Of a stretch of 64,000 bases of DNA, positions 58,001 to 64,000 are shown piece after piece. A program made the position numbers and the translations under genes. Position 1 is the stretch's first letter; every line of letters begins with the position of its first letter. This DNA is from an uncultured delta proteobacterium (lineage in GTDB: Bacteria > Myxococcota_A > Polyangia > Fen-1088): contig CAWCMR010000025.1 in assembly GCA_963796685.1 (NCBI GenBank), forward strand, positions 1,856,001 through 1,920,000, written 5' to 3'. Under the pieces are notes generated by a model. The model was not told the DNA's origin and searched no databases. It was given only the letters and a program-made list of their open reading frames with translations.

Positions 58001-58655
58001 TTTGCGTGCGTCGCGGGTCGACGACGATCATGCGCGCGGATTTGGGCTCGCGCTGCAGGCGCTCTTCGATGCGGCGAAAGAGAATGGGATGGCACCAAGC
58101 CGGGTTGGCCCCGGCCACGAAGAAGAGGTCGGCGATGTCCAAATCCTCATAGCATCCGGGAACACTGTCTTCTCCCAGGGCTTGCCGATAGCCGACCACC
58201 GCCGAGCTCATGCACAGGCGTGAATTGGTGTCGATGTTGTTGGTGCCGAGAAAGCCCTTCGCGATCTTGTTGGCCAGGTAGTACTCCTCGGTCAGGCACT
58301 GCCCCGACACATAGAGCGCCACCGCGTCCGGACCGTGCTTGTCTCGCGTCGTCCGGAATACCGTGGCCACCCGCTCAAGCGCCTCATCCCAGCCAACCCG
58401 TCGGCGCGGCAGGGTTCGCCCATCGCGCAGCTCGGGATAGAGAAGACGGTCAGAGCGGTCGTAAACCGTGTGGTGCAGGTTGAGGCCCTTGGCGCACAGC
58501 TTGCCCTGGTTGACCGGATGGTCTGGATCCCCGGTGAGAGAGAGTGAACCGGTCCGATTTTGGTGGATGAGGACGCCACAACCGACACCGCAGTAGCAAC
58601 AGGTCGTTCGATAGGTCGTGGTGGTCGTGGTGATACCCCTTCGGCGCTCAGGAAT
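55092..58655 (-). CDS. assimilatory nitrate reductase (NasA/NarB-like) fused to an NADH/FAD oxidoreductase and a BFD-like [2Fe-2S] domain; no canonical start codon
   Basis: frame extends upstream of 58370 through TTCCYCGVGCG...LCAKG; NSRLCM, GQPNAMGGRE, TGR.RDQWHTMTRTG; GGGLIG.E; CSC...AGTGCGSC. Confidence 0.92.
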   Translation of the reverse strand: MPERRRGITTTTTTYRTTCCYCGVGCGVLIHQNRTGSLSLTGDPDHPVNQGKLCAKGLNLHHTVYDRSDRLLYPELRDGRTLPRRRVGWDEALERVATVFRTTRDKHGPDAVALYVSGQCLTEEYYLANKIAKGFLGTNNIDTNSRLCMSSAVVGYRQALGEDSVPGCYEDLDIADLFFVAGANPAWCHPILFRRIEERLQREPKSARMIVVDPRRTQSAAMADLHLQIQPGTDIVLFHAIARRLIEKGRVDDAFVRDHTEGFDELRAKAFERTLAEAADLCRVEALAIETAAEWIGASKGFVSLWAMGLNQSTIGVNKNLALINLHLMTGKIGKPGHGPFSLTGQPNAMGGREVGGMANLMSAHRDLKNPAHREEIARFWGVPSVPESPGLTAGEMMDALCEGRLKVLWVICTNPLVSWPDSAKAERALANAELVIVQDISSRSDTLRFADVVLPAAGWLEKEGTMTNSERRITYLSPAVEPPGEALPDAEILLRFARKMGWRKHFDYRSMADVYREHAALTQGTSIDISGLDYRRLQSEGSMQWPVPHAGHPGTPRLFTDGKFLRPNGRAKLHAVPDGNTSVPPGPAFPLILTTGRIRDQWHTMTRTGKVAKLRSHEPQSRLDIHPQDAKARGIVDGKVVVVRGGHGEVRIRARLVEDLKPGVVFLPMHWGRVLDDDAVRANNLTEARWDPVSKEPDLKFTAVEVERLRTPKRKILVVGAGAAALAFLRAYRQDNGEDEIAVFSKEEVPFYDRVRLPGVVESEVDWQSLVVSSRDELESLGVQVFSQRAVVEVARASKRVLDARGMWHDYDVLVLATGSRAAWPKGTPRNQRGLHALRSYADAREILQSAATGRTVVIVGGGLIGIELGTALRNKGLPVHIIQRSAQLMNKQLDEVAAEILRDELLDRDIRIHFLDQVVMWKGETWIDEVFLASGECLRDVTLIYAMGTVPNVELASACGLMVNRGVVVDEAMRSSDPDILALGEVAEVDGKLYGVTAAAEEQARVAAAALAGDAQAVYSGSMAQNIVKVAGLSVVSLGVSRPPADDLSFEEIVFLDRTARIYKKCVIRGDRLVGALLVGDSADFVPLRDLIRSGEELGARRATLLRTGAAASSRGGGKIVCSCTSVDEGSLHQACEGGASTMQKVMDATGAGTGCGSCRPEIASLLKARMEKPIPRHGALENVS

Positions 58656-58803
58656 GCAGAGGATTCTCCTCGATGGATAGCAAACGGATGTCCCATCTTC
58701 TACTAAATCATACCGCCGCGGTCCGGCTTGTGCCCAAGATTAGCCGCGGCGAAACGGTAGCGAAACCTTTGCCGTGGTAGGTGGCTTGGGTCGCCAGGAA
58801 ATC

Positions 58804-59196
58804 ATGAATTGCGGAGGAGCGCCCATGCCGGATCTTACCCACGGCTGCCAGACCTGTTACGGCACCGGCGAAATCGTCACCGAACATGGGGCCGTGAGTT
58901 GTCCTGACTGCTATGGCGATGGAAGGCCGGCGAACAGCGGAAACAAGCTCGAGTGGCGGCTGCGCGAGATCGAGCGAACCTATCGCGCGTCCCACCAAGA
59001 GTGCCTGTCCGATGTGATGTGGCTGGCCCACGAGCTTCGCCAAGCCCGAGACGCCCTGGTCCTGATCCTCACCCGATGTCAGGACGCCGATGATGACGAT
59101 GACATGGCCAAGTACGTGCGCAACCGCGCCATGGAGGCGCTGGGACTTTACCATCGGACTCCCGCACCCGTGCTTAGCCCGCCGGAGAAGGCATGA
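58804..59196 (+). CDS. small hypothetical protein with two CxxCxGxG zinc-finger motifs
   Basis: CQTCYGTG...CPDCYGDG; ATGA overlap with nirB. Confidence 0.75.
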   Translation: MNCGGAPMPDLTHGCQTCYGTGEIVTEHGAVSCPDCYGDGRPANSGNKLEWRLREIERTYRASHQECLSDVMWLAHELRQARDALVLILTRCQDADDDDDMAKYVRNRAMEALGLYHRTPAPVLSPPEKA

Positions 59197-62063
59197 GTTC
59201 TGGATCGCTGCTCGTCATCGGAAACGGGATGGTGGGCCATCGCTTTTGCGAGAAAGTCATCGAATACGACCGTTCGCGCCGCCTTCGCATCACAGTTCTG
59301 GGCGAGGAGCCGCGACCGGCGTACGACAGGGTTCATCTCACGGACTTCTTCAAGGACCGTTCGGCCGATGGTCTGATGCTCGGGACCAAGGAATGGTACG
59401 CAGAGCGTGGCATCCAGCTTCACGTCGGGACGCAGGTCGCGGACATCGATCGGACCGGTTGCGAAGTCACGACGGCACATGGACAACGGCATTCCTACGA
59501 TTGGCTCGTGCTCGCCACGGGGTCGGCGCCCTTCGTTCCCCCGGTGCCCGGGATCGACAAGCAAGGCGTCTATGTCTACCGCACCATCGAGGATCTCGAA
59601 GCCATCTTGGCGAGGACCTCGATGTGCCGCAGCGCTGCCGTGATCGGCGGCGGGCTCTTGGGGCTGGAGGCGGCCAGGGCGGTGAAGGATTGCGGGTTGC
59701 AAACCCATGTCGTCGAGGTGGCAACGCGCCTCATGCCGCGCCAGCTTGACAGCGCCGCCTCGGCCTTGCTGGAACAGTCCATTCGCGACCTCGGTGTAAC
59801 GGTACACATCGACAAGCGGATTGCCCGCTTCACGGGCGAGGAGTCGGTCACCGGGGTGGAGCTTTCCGACGGCGAGGTCCTCGCGGTGGACATGGTCATC
59901 GTTTCAGCCGGCATCCGGCCGCGCGACGAGCTGGCGAGAAAGGCGGCCATCGCAGTCGGGCCGCGCGGCGGGGTGGTCGTGGACGACCAATTGTGCACGA
60001 GCGACCGGCGCATCTTCGCCATCGGCGAAGTCGCTCTTCATCAGGGGATGATCTATGGCCTCGTGGCGCCGGGCTACGAAATGGCGGATGTGCTGGCCAA
60101 GTCGCTCACCGGTGAATCGGCGGCCTTCACGGGGGGCGACCTGTCCGCCAAGCTCAAGCTCATGGGCATGGACGTCGCGTCGTTCGGTGATCCATTCGTG
60201 ACGTCACCGGGCGTTCGCGTGCTCTCCTTCGAAGACCAGATAAGGCGCACCTACAAGAAGCTCGTCGTCGATGTCGAAAGCAAGCATCTGCTCGGGGGCA
60301 TCTTGGTCGGCGACGCGAGGGACTATGGTCGGTTGCAATACCTGACACGCTCCCGTACGGCGCTCTCCGACGGATTCGATGAATTGGGGATGACGCCCGG
60401 ATTGACCGCGGCCCAGTCGTTCGTCCTGCCCGACGAAGCGCAGGTCTGCTCGTGCAACAACGTCTCGGCCGGGCACCTACGCGCGTGCGTCCGCGACGCG
60501 GATTGTGTCAGCGTGGATTTGTTGAAGAAGCAAACGCGCGCGGGCACGGGATGCGGCGGATGCTTACCCGTGGTTGGTGACCTGCTGGCGGCCCAACTCA
60601 AGGCCTTGGGCAAGGCCGTCCGGCCCCGCTTGTGCGAGCACTTCGCGCTGACGCGCCAGGATCTGTTCCAAATCATCGCCGTCAAACGCATCCGCACCTT
60701 CGACCAGCTCATTCGCGAGTATGGCCAAGGAAACGGTTGCGAGGTGTGCAAGCCCACGGTGGCGTCGATCCTGGCCAGCCTGTTCAACGAGCCCATACTC
60801 AAGGAAGAACACCGAACGCTGCAAGACACCAACGACCGGTTCTTGGCCAATGTGCAAAGAAACGGAACCTACTCGGTGATTCCTCGAGTCCCGGGCGGGG
60901 AGATTACACCCAAGAAGCTCGTCGTTCTGGGCCAGGTCGCCAGCAAGTACGGGCTCTATAGCAAGATCACCGGCGGCCAAAGGGTGGATCTGCTCGGCGC
61001 CAACCTCGAGGATTTGCCCAGCATTTGGGAGGAACTGGTGGCCGCCGGCTTCGAGAGCGGGCACGCCTACGGCAAGGCCCTGCGCACCGTCAAGAGCTGC
61101 GTCGGGACGACGTGGTGTCGCTTTGGTGTGCAGGACTCCACCGCCATGGCCATACGGCTCGAGCAACGCTACAAGGGCATCCGTTCGCCCCACAAGTTGA
61201 AGAGTGCCGTGAGTGGATGCATTCGAGAATGCGCCGAGGCCCAAGGCAAGGACTTTGGCCTCATCGCCACCGAAAAGGGCTGGAACATCTTCGTCTGCGG
61301 AAACGGTGGCGCGCATCCGCGCCACGCGGATTTACTGGTCAAGGATGTCGACGCGGAGACCGCCGTTCGCTATCTCGACCGCTTCATCATGTTCTACATC
61401 CGCACGGCGGACCGACTTACCCGCACTTCGGTTTGGCTCGAGAAGATGGAGGGTGGCATCGAGCGTCTGCGCGAAATCATCGTTGACGACGCCCTCGGGA
61501 TTGCTTCGGAATTGGAACGCGATCTGCAATACCTCGTCGATACCTACGAGTGCGAATGGGCAGGGGTTCTCTCCAGCCCAGAACGCCGGGCGCAGTTTCA
61601 GCGCTACGCCCGAGCGACGTCGACACCGGTGGAGAAGCCATCCGAGAAGAGCCGCAGATGGGTTCCGATGGCCAAGGTTTCCGAGGTGCCGAAGAACGGT
61701 GGAATCGCCGCCCGCTACGGAGAAACAGAGATTGCCATCTTCAACTTCGCCGCGCGCGGGGAATGGTTCGCAAGCGAGAACCTCTGTCCCCACAAACGAC
61801 AGATGGTCCTGGCGCGTGGGATCCTCGGTGACGCCGCCGGCTTGCCCAAGGTCGCATGTCCATTGCACAAGAACACCTTCGATCTGCGCAGTGGCGCGTG
61901 TCTAAACGGTGATTTGGCCGCAATTGCGACGTTCTCGGTGAAGATCGAAGGTGACGACGTGCTTGTGGAGCTGCCACCGGCCGAGGAATTACGGGCCATC
62001 GCGGTCCGGACCGAGCCGCAAAGGAATGCGCCGATTCACGCCGTGCAGCCGTTGATCCAGTAG
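59193..62063 (+). CDS. nirB: NADH-dependent nitrite reductase, NirB fused to the NirD Rieske domain
   Basis: GNGMVG, GGGLLGLE, two BFD motifs, CVG..WC, SGC.RECAE; C-terminal CPH...CPLH. Confidence 0.95.
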   Translation: MSSGSLLVIGNGMVGHRFCEKVIEYDRSRRLRITVLGEEPRPAYDRVHLTDFFKDRSADGLMLGTKEWYAERGIQLHVGTQVADIDRTGCEVTTAHGQRHSYDWLVLATGSAPFVPPVPGIDKQGVYVYRTIEDLEAILARTSMCRSAAVIGGGLLGLEAARAVKDCGLQTHVVEVATRLMPRQLDSAASALLEQSIRDLGVTVHIDKRIARFTGEESVTGVELSDGEVLAVDMVIVSAGIRPRDELARKAAIAVGPRGGVVVDDQLCTSDRRIFAIGEVALHQGMIYGLVAPGYEMADVLAKSLTGESAAFTGGDLSAKLKLMGMDVASFGDPFVTSPGVRVLSFEDQIRRTYKKLVVDVESKHLLGGILVGDARDYGRLQYLTRSRTALSDGFDELGMTPGLTAAQSFVLPDEAQVCSCNNVSAGHLRACVRDADCVSVDLLKKQTRAGTGCGGCLPVVGDLLAAQLKALGKAVRPRLCEHFALTRQDLFQIIAVKRIRTFDQLIREYGQGNGCEVCKPTVASILASLFNEPILKEEHRTLQDTNDRFLANVQRNGTYSVIPRVPGGEITPKKLVVLGQVASKYGLYSKITGGQRVDLLGANLEDLPSIWEELVAAGFESGHAYGKALRTVKSCVGTTWCRFGVQDSTAMAIRLEQRYKGIRSPHKLKSAVSGCIRECAEAQGKDFGLIATEKGWNIFVCGNGGAHPRHADLLVKDVDAETAVRYLDRFIMFYIRTADRLTRTSVWLEKMEGGIERLREIIVDDALGIASELERDLQYLVDTYECEWAGVLSSPERRAQFQRYARATSTPVEKPSEKSRRWVPMAKVSEVPKNGGIAARYGETEIAIFNFAARGEWFASENLCPHKRQMVLARGILGDAAGLPKVACPLHKNTFDLRSGACLNGDLAAIATFSVKIEGDDVLVELPPAEELRAIAVRTEPQRNAPIHAVQPLIQ

Positions 62064-62096
62064 TCGGAGCCTAGCCAATGATTGGAGTATTCGAAC

Positions 62097-63542
62097 ATGT
62101 CAACCATGATTCAAGAAGAACGCCTCGATTTGCGGGATGACCTCAAGTCGGTCTCACCCTATACCATCGAGCATTGGGAACCCGAGGACGATACCTTCTG
62201 GAATTCGACTGGGAGGAGGGTCGCAACGCGGAACCTGATATGCTCCATCTTCGTCGAGTTCCTGGGCTTCTCGGTGTGGCAGGTGTGGAGTGCCGTGGCC
62301 GCCCAGCTGCCCAGTATCGGCTACGCATTCACGGTCAATCAGCTGTTTTGGCTGGCGGCGTTGCCCGGTCTTTCCGGAGCAACGTTACGCATCCCGTATG
62401 GCCTTGCCGTATCCATATTCGGCGGTCGGAATTGGACGTTGGTCAGCGCCGCGCTGCTGTTGATCCCGGCGACGGGGTTGGCCTTCGCCGTGCAAAACGC
62501 GGATACCCCGTACTGGCTCTTCCTGTTCTTGGCCCTCGTCACAGGTTTCGGCGGGGGCAATTTTGCTTCGAGCATGGCGAATATCCAGTTCTTCTACCCG
62601 CAAAAGAGAAAGGGACTGGCGCTTGGCCTGAACGCGGCGGGCGGAAACGTCGGCGTCTCCGTGGTTCAATTCGTCGTTCCCTTGGTCATTGCCGGTTCGA
62701 TCTTCGGCTCCCTTGGCGGCGGCCCGGAGACCGCGCACATCAAGGGGGTGGAGAAGAGTCTGTACCTGCAGAACGCAGCCCTGATCTGGATCCCGTTCAT
62801 CTTGGTGGCGATCATCACCTCGTGGTTCTTCATGAATAACCTGCGCGTGGCCAAAGCGTCACTGAGGGAGCAATTGCCCATTCTCAAGAACAAGCACAAC
62901 TGGATCATGAGTTGGCTCTACCTTGGCACCTTCGGCTCGTTCATCGGGTATTCGGCAGGGTTTCCGCTGCTCATCAGGTCCCAATTTCCGGGCGTGAACC
63001 CATTGCAGTATGCGTTTCTCGGTCCCCTGGTCGGCTCCGTCGTTCGTCCCGTGGGAGGATGGTTGGCCGACAAGATAGGAGGCGCTGTCGTCACCTTCTG
63101 GAATTTCGCGGGGATGTCCGTCGCCCTTTCCGGCGTCATCTATTTCGTCGCGCACAAGACCGAGCCCGGCGCATTTACCGGCTTCTTCGTGATGTTCCTG
63201 ATCCTCTTCGTCGGCTCGGGAATCGGGAACGGCTCGACGTTTCGCATGATTCCGATCATCTTCCGGACGCTCAAGCTGCGCTCCCATGAAGGGGTGGTGG
63301 AAGGTTCGGGTGCCTATCAGGCCGCCATCAAGCTGGCCAACAAGGAATCATCCACCATCATCGGGTTCGTCTCGGCCATGGCTGCTTACGGAGCGTTCTT
63401 CGTCCCCAAGAGCTATGGAACCTCCATCACCCTGACAGGCAGTCCCGTGCTCGCGCTTGCCACGTTCCTCGCGTTCTACATCAGTTGTCTCTACATCACC
63501 TGGTCGTACTATTCGCGCAAGGGGGCCAAGATACCCTGCTGA
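62097..63542 (+). CDS. narK: NarK family nitrate/nitrite MFS transporter
   Basis: WEPED..FW, GGGNFASSM, FGSFIG.S, GIGNGSTF. Confidence 0.95.
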   Translation: MSTMIQEERLDLRDDLKSVSPYTIEHWEPEDDTFWNSTGRRVATRNLICSIFVEFLGFSVWQVWSAVAAQLPSIGYAFTVNQLFWLAALPGLSGATLRIPYGLAVSIFGGRNWTLVSAALLLIPATGLAFAVQNADTPYWLFLFLALVTGFGGGNFASSMANIQFFYPQKRKGLALGLNAAGGNVGVSVVQFVVPLVIAGSIFGSLGGGPETAHIKGVEKSLYLQNAALIWIPFILVAIITSWFFMNNLRVAKASLREQLPILKNKHNWIMSWLYLGTFGSFIGYSAGFPLLIRSQFPGVNPLQYAFLGPLVGSVVRPVGGWLADKIGGAVVTFWNFAGMSVALSGVIYFVAHKTEPGAFTGFFVMFLILFVGSGIGNGSTFRMIPIIFRTLKLRSHEGVVEGSGAYQAAIKLANKESSTIIGFVSAMAAYGAFFVPKSYGTSITLTGSPVLALATFLAFYISCLYITWSYYSRKGAKIPC

Positions 63543-63575
63543 CCGTGGCGCAGCCGCTTCGCCGGTGGACATCGA

Positions 63576-64000
63576 CTATTCAGTCATGCGCCAGGCGCGC
63601 ATCCCGCCGCGCAGGCTGGTGGCCCGGCGAAAGTCGTAGCGCTCGCGCAAGATGGCCACGGCGGCAAGGCTGCGCACGCCTGCGGCACAGTAGACGACGG
63701 TAGGACTGTCGGCGCGCCATCCCGCAAGCAGTTGTTCCGTCGAAGCCTGTTCCAAGGCGGCCAAGGGAATGTGAAGGGACGGCTGGATCGCGTCCGCTTC
63801 CCGCTCCCAGTCCTCGCGTACGTCGAGAAGCTGGACGGAGCCTGCTTCGAGCAAGGACCGCAACTCGGTGGAGTCGATCTCCCAAGGCTCGCTCGGGCAG
63901 GCTGCAGGCTTCGCGTCGACTGGAAGCTCGAGGATGGGCCGGCTCTTGGGATCCGCGGCCAAGCGCAGGGTTTGCACATGCATGGTCAGCGCGTTCCACA
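63576..64000 (-). CDS. rhodanese domain, probably the C-terminus of MoeB/MoeZ (5' end outside window)
   Basis: LLDVRE..E, HIPL, VVYCAAGVRS, SLRGG..AW; upstream L..DP..I linker; Moco gene context. Confidence 0.75.
   Translation of the reverse strand, partial: WNALTMHVQTLRLAADPKSRPILELPVDAKPAACPSEPWEIDSTELRSLLEAGSVQLLDVREDWEREADAIQPSLHIPLAALEQASTEQLLAGWRADSPTVVYCAAGVRSLAAVAILRERYDFRRATSLRGGMRAWRMTE

Noticed and set aside
58715-58740. sigma54 promoter for the nitrate genes (GGCAC motif)
   Set aside because: No correctly spaced -12 TTGC element.

Overview
GC-rich bacterial window that looks like Myxococcota (Polyangia-like): cysteine-rich repeat proteins, Gly/Ser/Thr-linker lipoproteins, a eukaryote-like Ser/Thr kinase. 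The taxon is inferred from gene content. Housekeeping and secreted-protein genes (ackA, ndk-like, DTW, thiD, glycosyltransferases) flank an approx. 12.5-25.3 kb integron. It has a minus-strand array of about 12 cassettes, an attI at about 24500, and a dead intI that is co-oriented with the array and split by a 215-bp MITE. About half the cassettes are toxin-antitoxin modules. The array carries an intact ISL3 and two IS110-family remnants. The best lead is the IS110 remnant at 15.95-16.77 kb, inserted in an attC. Its 3' non-coding end has two tandem 105-bp bridge/seek-RNA-like modules whose variable loop segments match two different attC variants of this array. Further right are rseP, ddl, a prolyl oligopeptidase with a POT transporter, a GH94 phosphorylase, an AbiE-like nucleotidyltransferase paired with a giant HTH-fusion protein, a molybdenum cofactor cluster, and a fusion-rich nitrate/nitrite assimilation cluster. 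Several 1-bp frameshifts, including one in ddl, suggest indel errors in the assembly.
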